From NCBI GenBank assembly GCA_036500865.1, contig DASYBG010000008.1, positions 73,618 to 137,617 on the forward strand: a stretch of 64,000 nt of DNA. The letters run 5' to 3'. Below the pieces are notes generated by a model that made no database searches, was not told the origin of the DNA, and saw nothing but the letters and a program-made list of their open reading frames with translations. Both the position numbers and the translations under genes were made by a program. The stretch is from Polyangiaceae bacterium. GTDB lineage: Bacteria; Myxococcota_A; Polyangia; Polyangiales; Polyangiaceae. How positions within the stretch are numbered: position 1 is the first letter of the stretch; the number at the start of each line of letters is the position of its first letter. Below, in pieces: positions 48,961 to 57,865 of this stretch.

Positions 48961-50959
48961 GGCTCGCCAGCGCTTGGACGCGTGCGTCGTTCGGTGCGAG
49001 GGAGCTCGCTCTCCCCGACTCGCCGACCGCTCGGTTCATGAGCCCCGCGTCGCAGTAGATTTCGCCCAACGTGACGCGATACTGGGCGTTCTGCGGCTCG
49101 GCGAGCACCGCCTGCTCGGCGAAATGGGCCGCCTTCTTCAGCTCCTTGCCGTCTTGCCTCAGCGCGTTCGCGGCGCGCTCCGCCACCCACGCCTGCGCGC
49201 GGATCTCGTAGGCGCGCCCGTACTTCGACCCTGCCTCGGCCCACTTTCCGGCCGCCTCGGCCGCCTTTGCCTGCGAGAGACTCGCGTCGTGGACGCGCGT
49301 GCGCGCCTTCGCTTCGACCTCGGTGAAAGCCGCGTGGATGGCCGGGTCGTCGGTCACCTGCACGGCGAGGCGGTAGTTGTTGGCCGCCCCCACGAGGTCG
49401 TCGCGGCCGAGCGCCTCCTGGGCGGCCCGCACGAAGACGGCGACGTGCTCGCCGCGGGCCGGCTTTTGCGGCTTGCCGGCGGCGAACATGCGAAAGAGCG
49501 GATCGGCGCGCGGGGTGCGCAGGTGGCCCGACGCCGCGCCCGGTCCGGGGAGGACCGAGGGAGGCCGCATGTTCCCGATCGAAGGAGGTGCGGCCGCGAC
49601 GCTGCCGGGCGACACGGGCGCGACGGGGGCCGCCGGGCGGGGGGTGCTCATGGCCACCGGGGACGCCACCGGCATCAATCCCCCCGACATCGGCTGTATC
49701 CCTTCCGGCGGCGGCGTGGCGGGCGGCACGGCCTCCACCCTCAGGGCGTTCTCTTTGGCGGCCCTCATCTTCCGCGATGACTTGCGGCCTGGGGCCGACG
49801 ACATCCTCGGCGCCGTAGACGGCGGCGCCGGTCCGAGCGTGGCATCGTGGGCCTCTCGCTCCGCCCGGCGCGAGAGCACGTCGTACGCCTTCGTGATGCG
49901 ATCGAAGACGCGCTCGAGCGGCTGCTTGCACGTCCCGAGGTCCTTCCCGAAGAATCGGTCGGGGTGAAACTGGGCCGCGAGCGCGTGGTAAGCGCGCCGG
50001 ATGGTCTTGGTGTCGGCGTCGCGCGCCACGCCGAGCACGTCGTAGTGGCTGGCCACGTCGATGCGCGTGGCGGCATCCATGATGAGCATGCGCTCCGCGT
50101 CGCCGATCGGGATCGCAGGCGCGCGGGTCTTGAGGGAGATGCTCGTGGGGAGCGGCTCGATCCGGATGGCCGGCGACGACACGGGCGTGCGCTTGCGTCG
50201 GTTCGGGACTTCGACCGCGCCTGCGGCCTCGAGCGCGCGGAGCGCCTGGTCGAGGTCCTGCAGTGACATGCGCGTGATCTCGGCGAGGTCGCCGACCGAC
50301 GTCGCGCCGTCGATCTGGGAGAGGACGAAGCCCTCGCGGGGTCCGAGCTGGAGCGTCCGCAGGTCGGTTCGTTTGCGCTGGAGCGGGATCGAGGCGACCG
50401 GGACGAGGCTCGACGAAGGCGGGTGGGTGATCTTGCCCGTCCGGAGGGACGCAGAGCTGGTCCTCGATCTCGGCGGCGCGGTGTTCTTGGCGGCGCGAAG
50501 AGAGCCGGAGCTGATCTTGGTCTTCGGCGGCGCGCTCGCCTTCCCGGCGCGAAGGGAGCCGGAGCTCGCCCTGGACTTCGGCGGTGTGGTGTTCTTGGCG
50601 GCGACGCGGAGGGAGCCGGAGCTGATCTTGGTCTTCGGCGGGGCGCTCGCCTTCGAGGGTTTCTGCGTCGAGGAGTGGCGGCCTGCGCCGGGAGGTGTGG
50701 TGTTGTTGGCGGCGACGCGGAGGGAGCCGGAGCTCCGCCGCTTGCCCTTGCCGCCGTCCTCTTCGACGACGAGCGCGCCGAGATCCAAGAGACGCTCGGC
50801 GAGCCGGAGCATCTCTTCGACTTCGAGCCCAGCCGTCTCGGCGACGTCTTCCACGAGCGACCGCTCGCCGACGTGCGAAAGGACGAATGCCTCGAGCCCG
50901 CCGATGGGGAGCTTCGTGACATCGCACGGCACCGCGAGAAGGACGCTCTTCCGATGCAT
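48935..50959 (-). CDS. J-domain (DnaJ-like) protein with N-terminal repeat region and C-terminal TPR-like helices (674 aa)
   Basis: J domain HYDVLGVARDADTKTIRRAYHALAAQFHPDRF, with HPD at nt 49958-49966. Five SSGSLR-type repeats. The C-terminus is TPR-like (ANNYRLAV..., KWAEAGSKYGRAYE..., AAHFAEQAV...). Confidence 0.85.
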   Translation of the reverse strand: MHRKSVLLAVPCDVTKLPIGGLEAFVLSHVGERSLVEDVAETAGLEVEEMLRLAERLLDLGALVVEEDGGKGKRRSSGSLRVAANNTTPPGAGRHSSTQKPSKASAPPKTKISSGSLRVAAKNTTPPKSRASSGSLRAGKASAPPKTKISSGSLRAAKNTAPPRSRTSSASLRTGKITHPPSSSLVPVASIPLQRKRTDLRTLQLGPREGFVLSQIDGATSVGDLAEITRMSLQDLDQALRALEAAGAVEVPNRRKRTPVSSPAIRIEPLPTSISLKTRAPAIPIGDAERMLIMDAATRIDVASHYDVLGVARDADTKTIRRAYHALAAQFHPDRFFGKDLGTCKQPLERVFDRITKAYDVLSRRAEREAHDATLGPAPPSTAPRMSSAPGRKSSRKMRAAKENALRVEAVPPATPPPEGIQPMSGGLMPVASPVAMSTPRPAAPVAPVSPGSVAAAPPSIGNMRPPSVLPGPGAASGHLRTPRADPLFRMFAAGKPQKPARGEHVAVFVRAAQEALGRDDLVGAANNYRLAVQVTDDPAIHAAFTEVEAKARTRVHDASLSQAKAAEAAGKWAEAGSKYGRAYEIRAQAWVAERAANALRQDGKELKKAAHFAEQAVLAEPQNAQYRVTLGEIYCDAGLMNRAVGESGRASSLAPNDARVQALASRVANVKRG
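50417..50734 (-). repeat. in-frame tandem repeats encoding (K-A-S-A-P-P-K-T-K-I-)S-S-G-S-L-R-(V)-A-A-K-N-T-T-P-P
   Basis: aa 76-181 of the J-domain protein. SSGSLR starts at aa 76, 113, 132, 150 and 168 (the last as SSASLR). The DNA repeat unit is about 55-110 nt. Confidence 0.85.
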
Positions 50960-51190
50960 TGCTTTGCGCGTTGGTGCGCAAACTCAAGGTATCAAGCGGG
51001 GCGCGCCGCCACACGGGCAAACGCCGTGCGCGTCTTCACCGACCTCGTATGGACATCGCGTCTGGGCGCCCACACCCGCCCTCGCCGCCGTCTCGCGCTC
51101 GGCGCCCGGGACCGAGGGGCCGCGTCGGCGCTTGCTCGCTTCGCTCGAACATGCGGACTAGCCTTTCCATGCGGGGAAACCTCGATTCGA

Positions 51191-52741
51191 ATGTATCCCC
51201 AGGTGTTCGGCAAATACGTGCTGGAGCGGGAGCTCGCGCGCGGAGGCATGGCGCGCGTCCTCCTCGCGACGCTGCGGGGCGCGGGCGGCTTCGAGAAGAA
51301 GCTCGTCGTAAAGCAAATTCGCGACGACCTCGCGTCCGACGAAGACTTCGTGCGCCGCTTCGTCGAGGAGGCCAAGACCACAGTCGCGCTCGCGCACCCG
51401 AACATCGTCCCCGTCTACGAGCTCGGCGTGGAGCTCGGCACGTACTTCCTCGCGATGGAGTACGTCGCCGGGGCGAGCCTCGCGGAGCTCTTGCGGGCGT
51501 GCGAAGGCGGCGGCTTGTCGCCCGAAGAGGGCGCGTACGTCGGCGTCGAGGTCTGCCGCGCGCTCGACTACGCGCACCGGCGCAACGTCGTGCACCGCGA
51601 CGTGACACCGCGCAACGTCATGGTGGACGACGAAGGCCAGGTCAAAGTCATCGACTTCGGCATCTCGGCGCCGGTCGCGACCGCGCCGAGCGGGCACGGC
51701 GTCTTCGGCTCTCCCGGACACATGCCGCCCGAGCAGATGGAGGGTCGCGAGCTCGCGCCCTCGGCCGACGTCTTCGCCGTCGCCGTGCTCCTGATGGAGC
51801 TCTGGTCGGGCAAGGCTCCGTTTCGACGGCGGACGAAGGAAGGCATCGAAGCGGCCATGCGCGCGCCGCACCCGAAGCCGAGCGAGGCCGACATACGCCT
51901 CCTGCCGCTCGACGACGTCATCGCGAGCGCCCTGTCCCTCGAGCCGGCCGCGCGACCGCGCCAGGCCGACGACCTCGCGCGGGCGCTGCGGAAGTTCCTG
52001 TCCGGCCTCGATCTGGGCGACGTCGCGCGGAAGCTCGGCGATCGCGTGCGAGGCGTGCGCGAGCGTCCGCCGCCGCCTCCGTCGGAGCTCGGTCCGGTCC
52101 TGCAGCGGCCTCCCTCGCGGCCGACGGCGATGCAGGTGGGTACCAAGACGTTCGCGGCGCGAGACGAGTTCAAGGGATGGGACAATGGGCCTTGGCCGTC
52201 GACGCGGAAGATTCACTCGACGGCGCCGCCGCCCGAGAAGAAGAGCACGAAGAGCGAGCCTTCCGCGGCTTCGGCCGCGTCGCGCCTCGCGTGGCGGGCT
52301 GCGCTCGGGGCAGGGGTCATCGCGATCGGTGCTTTCCTCGTGGGGCGGGGCTTCGCGACGCCGTCCGCGCGCGGGTCACCCGCGGTCGCCCCTGTGATCC
52401 CGCAGCCCTCGGCCACGGCGGTCGCCGCGCCGCCGGCCGTCGCTCCGCCGTCGCCAGCGCCTGCTCCCGTGCCGAGCGCCGTCGCCTCCGCGGATCCCGA
52501 ACCGTCGGAGCGCGCGCAGCTCGCCCTCCTCGGGGACGGCACCTTCGTCACCGTGGACGGCGTCGCGCGCGGTCGCGCTCCAACCCGCGTGGCGCTGCGG
52601 CCGGGTCCCCACGCGGTGCTCTTCGCGTTTCCCGCGACGGGCGAATCGAAGGCGACGTCGGTCACACTCCGCGCGGGTGAACGCGCCACCTTGCGCGCCG
52701 ACTTCACGGGCGCGAGCCCCACGATTCGCGTCGACCGGTAG
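51191..52741 (+). CDS. Ser/Thr protein kinase with TM segment and C-terminal PEGA-like domain (516 aa)
   Basis: ATG 51191 (MYPQVFGKYVLERELARGGMARV). Motifs: VVKQI, HRDVTPRNVM, DFG, GSPGHMPPE. TM segment ALGAGVIAIGAFLV. C-terminus GTFVTVDGVARGRAPTRVALRPGPHAVLF. Confidence 0.9.
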   Translation: MYPQVFGKYVLERELARGGMARVLLATLRGAGGFEKKLVVKQIRDDLASDEDFVRRFVEEAKTTVALAHPNIVPVYELGVELGTYFLAMEYVAGASLAELLRACEGGGLSPEEGAYVGVEVCRALDYAHRRNVVHRDVTPRNVMVDDEGQVKVIDFGISAPVATAPSGHGVFGSPGHMPPEQMEGRELAPSADVFAVAVLLMELWSGKAPFRRRTKEGIEAAMRAPHPKPSEADIRLLPLDDVIASALSLEPAARPRQADDLARALRKFLSGLDLGDVARKLGDRVRGVRERPPPPPSELGPVLQRPPSRPTAMQVGTKTFAARDEFKGWDNGPWPSTRKIHSTAPPPEKKSTKSEPSAASAASRLAWRAALGAGVIAIGAFLVGRGFATPSARGSPAVAPVIPQPSATAVAAPPAVAPPSPAPAPVPSAVASADPEPSERAQLALLGDGTFVTVDGVARGRAPTRVALRPGPHAVLFAFPATGESKATSVTLRAGERATLRADFTGASPTIRVDR

Positions 52742-52773
52742 CGCGTACCCGCGCCTCGCCGGTCCCTCGGCGT

Positions 52774-53937
52774 TCACTCGAACGCCGAGATGCCCGTGAT
52801 GTCCTGGCCGAGAACGAGCGTGTGGACGTCGTGTGTCCCCTCGTACGTCGAGACCGTCTCGAGGTTGCACATGTGGCGCATGACCGGATACTCGAGCGTG
52901 ATGCCGTTCGCGCCGAGCACGTCGCGTGCGCTCCGCGCGACGTCGAGCGCGGCGCGGACGTTGTGGCGCTTGAGCATGCTCACCTGCTGCGGGCGGAGCG
53001 CGCCCCGGTCCTTGAGGGCGGCCGCCTCGTACGCCATGAGCTGCATGCTCGTGATCTGCGTCAGCATCTCGGCGAGCTTGGCTTGGACCAGCTGGTGGGC
53101 GGCGATGGGTTTGCCCGCGAACTGGACGCGGTGGCGCGCGTAGTCGACGGCGCAGTCGAAGCACGCCGTGGCCGCGCCGATGACGCCCCAACCGATCCCG
53201 AACCGCGCCGCCGTCAGACACGAGAGGGGGCCCTTCATCCCGCGGACGGCCGGGAGGACGGCGTCTTTGGGAACGCGGACGTCGTCGAGCACGATCTCGC
53301 TCGTGACGCTCGCGCGGAGGCTCACCTTGCGTTCGATGGGGCGGGCGTCGAACCCGTTCGCGTCGGTGGGGACCAGGAAGCCGCGCACGTCTCCGTCGGC
53401 GCCGCCGAGCTTCGCCCAGACGAGCGCCACCTGGGCGATCCCGCCGCTCGTGATCCAGCGCTTGCGGCCGCGGAGCACGTACGCGTCGCCGTCGTCGGCC
53501 GCGACGGTCCGCATGCCGCTCGGGTTCGAGCCGAAGTCGGGCTCGGTCAGCGCGAAGCATCCGACGACGCGGCCTTTGGCCATCTCGGGCAGGTACCGGG
53601 TCTTCTGCGCGTCGGATCCGAACGCGTGGATCGGATACATGACGAGCGACCCCTGCACGCTCGCGAAGGAGCGCACGCCGGAGTCGCCGCGCTCGAGCTC
53701 CTGCATCGCGAGGCCGTAAGCCGTGTCGCTCGTCCCGGCGCAGCCGTAGCCACGGAGGTTGCACCCGAGCACACCGAGCGCTCCGAGCTCGGTGGGGAGA
53801 TCCGCCGGAAAGGTGCCGTGCTCCCAGTGCGCGGCGATGCCGGGGAGCACGCGCGCGTCGACGAAAGCGCGGACCGCGTCGCGGATTGCGCGTTCTTCGG
53901 GCGACAGACGCCGAGCCGCATCGAAGTAGTCGGGCAT
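52774..53937 (-). CDS. gcdH: acyl-CoA dehydrogenase, glutaryl-CoA dehydrogenase type
   Basis: CFALTEPDFGSNPSGMRT, GIGWGVIGAA, YEGTHDVHTLVLG. 387 aa. Confidence 0.85.
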   Translation of the reverse strand: MPDYFDAARRLSPEERAIRDAVRAFVDARVLPGIAAHWEHGTFPADLPTELGALGVLGCNLRGYGCAGTSDTAYGLAMQELERGDSGVRSFASVQGSLVMYPIHAFGSDAQKTRYLPEMAKGRVVGCFALTEPDFGSNPSGMRTVAADDGDAYVLRGRKRWITSGGIAQVALVWAKLGGADGDVRGFLVPTDANGFDARPIERKVSLRASVTSEIVLDDVRVPKDAVLPAVRGMKGPLSCLTAARFGIGWGVIGAATACFDCAVDYARHRVQFAGKPIAAHQLVQAKLAEMLTQITSMQLMAYEAAALKDRGALRPQQVSMLKRHNVRAALDVARSARDVLGANGITLEYPVMRHMCNLETVSTYEGTHDVHTLVLGQDITGISAFE

Positions 53938-54154
53938 GCGCCGAGACTAAGTCAGCGAGGTGGGTTGTGGCGGCCCGCGCGACACGGCAGTGGCCGTCGG
54001 CGCGCGAACTGTGGCGCCGGATGCCACGTCGGTCCGGGCGTTTCGGTCGAGCCGGGTCGCCGAAGGTCCTTCTTTCGGTCGCTTTCAGACGCGCAAGCAG
54101 GAGGCGGAACGGGCCGCCGGTTCGCGGCCCGGCCCTTGCGAGAGAGCTCAGGGT

Positions 54155-55552
54155 TTGAACCGGCGCGTCCTCGCTTTTGCGGTCGCTCTTCTGGTCGCGT
54201 GGGGCGGCCAGGGATGCGCCGCGTGGGCCGTCGACGACTGTACCGAGAAGGCGGACTGCACCGGCGCCGTCGATGCGCCGGCCGATGGATCCGGCGGAGT
54301 GTCCCCGGAGGGCGGCCTCGTGGGCGCTCCAGACGCGGGAGGCGCCCACGACGCGAGCGTCCTCGATGGGAGCGTCTCCGACGGCGCCGCGCCCGACGGC
54401 AACTCGGGCTCGTTCGCGGACGCGGCGAGAGACGCGGCGGCCGACGCGCACGCCGCGGGCGACGCAGGCAATACCGCGGACGCCGGACCGGACGCGACGA
54501 CGCGCGGGACGGAGGCGGGCGCCGCGCCGGACGCGGGCTCGGCTCCCGAGGCGAGCGCCGGCCGCGATGCGACCAGCGCCGCGGACGGCGGCCCGACCTG
54601 CATCCCCACGGGACCCGAGCAGTGCGACGACGGCATCGACAACGACTGCAACGGGAAGGTCGACTGCGCCGATCCGGCCTGCGGCGCATACGCGTGCATC
54701 CCGCCCGTACCGAGCGGTTGGCAGGGGCCCGTCGCGCTCGACCAAGTCGCCGCGGGATCGACGCTCGCCGCTTGCCCCAACGCCTACGAGAGCCTCGCCG
54801 ACGTCCACGGCGGTCTCGCGGCGCCCGCGGCGGCCTGCAGCTGCGCGTGCGGAGCATCCGGCCAGCAGTGCTCGGCGACCGGCGTCTTTCACGGCGACCA
54901 GACCTGCGCCGGTCCGACTTGCGCGACCGTCTCGCCCTCGTCCGCCGGCGCCTGCACCGCGGTCTCAGCCAACGACTGCGGCTCGGGCGGCTCCTTCGAC
55001 TTCGAGGCCGCGCCGACGCCTTCGGGGGGCACTTGCCAGGCGACGGTCACCACCGCGGTGCCACCCGCCGGTTGGACCACGTCCGCGCGCGTCTGCGCGT
55101 ACACGAGCGCGACCCGCACGGCAGGCTGCAGCGACAGCGACGTGTGCGTCGCGCTCCCTGCGTCGCCGTACAGCGCGACGGCGTGCGTGTACTCGACCGC
55201 CGATCCTCCGCCCACCGCTTGTCCGGCGGGGTACACGCGCGCGCCGCCGGCGGTCTTCTACGCCGGGGTCACGGACACGCGCGCGTGCGGCGGGTGCGGT
55301 TGCGGCGGGCCGACCGGCGGCACCTGCTCGGGGACGGTGAGCCTCTTCGGCGCGGCGGGGTGCACCGACAATGGCGGGATCGTGACGGTGCCCGTCGGCA
55401 CGGCATGCCAGGCGTACTCCGGGTTGAGCCCCGCGCCCGGGAGCGCCGAGGCGCATTACACCGTGACCGCGGGAAGCTGCGCCGTGACCGCCGCTCCCCA
55501 GCCGACGGGCTCCGCCGCGGGCACCTCGCCGACGACGGTCTGCTGCCTGTGA
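54155..55552 (+). CDS. Cys-rich secreted protein with one MopE-like DNDC metal-binding-type motif (465 aa)
   Basis: TTG 54155 (LNRRVLAFAVALLVAWGGQGC) after GAGAGAGCTCAGGG. CDDGIDNDCNGKVDCADPAC. Two related Cys-patterned modules (ACSCACGASGQQCSATGVF... and ACGGCGCGGPTGGTCSGTVSLF...). The start is uncertain. Confidence 0.65.
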   Translation: MNRRVLAFAVALLVAWGGQGCAAWAVDDCTEKADCTGAVDAPADGSGGVSPEGGLVGAPDAGGAHDASVLDGSVSDGAAPDGNSGSFADAARDAAADAHAAGDAGNTADAGPDATTRGTEAGAAPDAGSAPEASAGRDATSAADGGPTCIPTGPEQCDDGIDNDCNGKVDCADPACGAYACIPPVPSGWQGPVALDQVAAGSTLAACPNAYESLADVHGGLAAPAAACSCACGASGQQCSATGVFHGDQTCAGPTCATVSPSSAGACTAVSANDCGSGGSFDFEAAPTPSGGTCQATVTTAVPPAGWTTSARVCAYTSATRTAGCSDSDVCVALPASPYSATACVYSTADPPPTACPAGYTRAPPAVFYAGVTDTRACGGCGCGGPTGGTCSGTVSLFGAAGCTDNGGIVTVPVGTACQAYSGLSPAPGSAEAHYTVTAGSCAVTAAPQPTGSAAGTSPTTVCCL

Positions 55553-55557
55553 CGCGC

Positions 55558-56058
55558 CTAGTGCGTTTTGGCCGCTCCCAAGCCTGTGGCCACGCCCACG
55601 GCGATGGCCGCGATGATCGCGATCGCGTAGACGACGAAGAGGACGATGCTCGCCACGCCGGAGAACTTCCAGAACGACTTCTGCTGCGCGAGGGCGTCCT
55701 CTAGGTCGGCCACCGACCGTGAGGCCGCGAGCCGGCTGATCGCGGCGCCGTAGCTCCAGAGCTTCACGCCGGGGTAAATGTAGAGAAGCCCGAGCGGCAA
55801 ATAGAGGAGTCCGAGGAGAGCCATCGATCCCTTGGCGCCCGGACCGAACGCGGCGACCCCCGCCATGAAGATGGCAATCAACACCATGGCCGCGCTGCCG
55901 ATGAAGGCGACGATGCTGAGGAGGACCACCCATGGCCGCGTCTGTCTCAAGAGCTCTACGGCCGCTTCGCTGACGGCGCCGTTCGGGGGCGCCGCGTAAG
56001 CCGGTGGCGCGCCGGGGTAGATGTCCGCAGACAGACCGGGCGGGCTGTAGGGGTTCAT
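55558..56058 (-). CDS. small integral membrane protein (166 aa)
   Basis: ATG 56058: MNPYSPPGLSADIYPGAPPAYAAPPNG, then 4 hydrophobic segments. Confidence 0.65.
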   Translation of the reverse strand: MNPYSPPGLSADIYPGAPPAYAAPPNGAVSEAAVELLRQTRPWVVLLSIVAFIGSAAMVLIAIFMAGVAAFGPGAKGSMALLGLLYLPLGLLYIYPGVKLWSYGAAISRLAASRSVADLEDALAQQKSFWKFSGVASIVLFVVYAIAIIAAIAVGVATGLGAAKTH

Positions 56059-56193
56059 GGTGATCGACTTTACGCGCCCGGGGTGCAGGCGGCGCTGGAA
56101 ACACCTGGGAAAGGCGATGTGAACGAACGAGGCGAACGGGCGTTGTCGTGGGTCGCAGCTTTCGCGTACCCTGACGCCCGCCAAGGAGGCCCT

Positions 56194-56880
56194 ATGCGCG
56201 TTGTGCTGTTTTCCTCGTTGCTCCTCATCGTCGCTTGCGGCGGCTCGAACAAGCCCGCCGAAAGCCCCGGCGAGTCCACGTCCGAGGCCAGCGAAGGCGG
56301 CGAGACGCCGGCGACCGCGGAGTCGTCCGAGGCGGAAGGGGGAGCGGCTCCAGCGGCATCGGCCGAGGCTCCCGCGGAGCCTGCCGCATCGGCTGCCCCC
56401 GCGTCCGCGCCGCCGCCTGCCGGGCCCACGGTAACGGGCGCCATCGACGGGAAACCCTTCGCGCCCAAGGGCGGTCGGGTCGTCCACGGGATGGGTAAGG
56501 ACGGTCGCCTCGTCGTCCTCCTCGACGAGCACGGCGACTGCGGCACCGAGCCGAGCTCCGGCGAGGGCGTCCTCGCGCTCACCGTCAACTGGGAGGACGG
56601 CTACAAGGTCGATCTCGGTTCGCTGAAGCGGGGCGGCAAGAAGGGCCCCGGCGAAGTGTCGTTCGCCCGCGTCGGACCGAAGGGCAAGAAGGACTTCTCG
56701 GCGACGTTCAAGCCGACCGGCCGGGTGACCGTGGTCAAAGCCCCGATGGATCAGAACGCCACCGGCAAGATCAACATCGATCTCCAGAGCGGCGATTACA
56801 TGCTCTCGGGCGACCTCGACGTGCAGACCTGCGTGTCGCCGAAGGCCGCCCCGGCTGGCGGGAAGAAAAAGAAGAAGTAG
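56194..56880 (+). CDS. lipoprotein with acidic linker and poly-Lys C-terminus (228 aa)
   Basis: AAGGAGG SD, ATG 56194, MRVVLFSSLLLIVAC (lipobox). Ends AGGKKKKK. Confidence 0.75.
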   Translation: MRVVLFSSLLLIVACGGSNKPAESPGESTSEASEGGETPATAESSEAEGGAAPAASAEAPAEPAASAAPASAPPPAGPTVTGAIDGKPFAPKGGRVVHGMGKDGRLVVLLDEHGDCGTEPSSGEGVLALTVNWEDGYKVDLGSLKRGGKKGPGEVSFARVGPKGKKDFSATFKPTGRVTVVKAPMDQNATGKINIDLQSGDYMLSGDLDVQTCVSPKAAPAGGKKKKK

Positions 56881-57837
56881 TCAGCGCGACAGAATGCGCT
56901 CGATGCGGTCCATCGCGTCGCCGCTCAGCGACGCGACCACGTCGAGCGCCTTCATGTTCTCGACGACCTGGCTCTTGCGGCTGGCGCCGGTGATGACGGT
57001 GGAGACATGGGGGTTCTTGAGGCACCAGGCGAGCGCGAGCTGCGCGGTGGTGCACCCGAGCTCCCGCGCGACCGCCGCAATCTCCCGAACCTTGTCGAGG
57101 CGGCCGGGGACGAGCACCTCGTCCTTGAGCCAGCCCATGTTGGCCATTCCGAGCCGTGAGTCCTGCGGGATCCCCTCGCTATACTTGCCGCTGAGGAGGC
57201 CCGAGGCGAGAGGGCTCCAGATCGTCGTACCGTACCCGAGCTTCTCGTAGAGCGGCGCGTACTCCTTCTCGAAGCGGTCGCGCACGAACATGTTGTATTG
57301 CGGCTGCTCCATGACGGGCGGCGTGAGGCCGTTGGCGGTGGCGAATCGGTGGGCTTCGAGGATGGCCTCGGCGCTCCACTCGCTCGTGCCCCAATAGAAC
57401 ACCTTGCCCTGCCGGATGAGGATGTCCCACGCGCGCACGGTCTCTTCGATCGGCGTCTCCGGGTCGGGCCGGTGGGCGAACGCGAGGTCGACGTACTCGA
57501 GCTTCAGCCGACGCAGCGCCGCGTGGACCCCCTCGATGACGTGCTTGTGGCTCAAGCCTTTGTCGTTCGGGCCGCTCCCACCCCAGAAGATCTTCGTCGA
57601 GACGACGAAGGACTCGCGCCTCCAGCCGACCTTGCGGAGCACCTCGCCCATCGTCGTCTCGGCGCGCCCGTTGCCGTAGGCTTCGGCGTTGTCGAAGAAG
57701 TTGACGCCTGCTTCGTAGGCCGCGGTCATGCAGTCGCGCGCGACGTCCTCGCCGACTTGCGCGCCGTAGGTGATCCACGCTCCGAGCGAGAGCTCGCTGA
57801 CTTTGAGACCCGATCGGCCGAGGCGGCGGTAGCGCAT
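56881..57837 (-). CDS. aldo/keto reductase (Kv-beta-like)
   Basis: ATG 57837: [25 protein letters not shown]...[17 protein letters not shown]. The stop abuts the stop of the convergent gene (56880/56881). Confidence 0.9.
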   Translation of the reverse strand: MRYRRLGRSGLKVSELSLGAWITYGAQVGEDVARDCMTAAYEAGVNFFDNAEAYGNGRAETTMGEVLRKVGWRRESFVVSTKIFWGGSGPNDKGLSHKHVIEGVHAALRRLKLEYVDLAFAHRPDPETPIEETVRAWDILIRQGKVFYWGTSEWSAEAILEAHRFATANGLTPPVMEQPQYNMFVRDRFEKEYAPLYEKLGYGTTIWSPLASGLLSGKYSEGIPQDSRLGMANMGWLKDEVLVPGRLDKVREIAAVARELGCTTAQLALAWCLKNPHVSTVITGASRKSQVVENMKALDVVASLSGDAMDRIERILSR

Positions 57838-57865
57838 GGGTGTCCTCTTCGGTTGACCGCACCGG

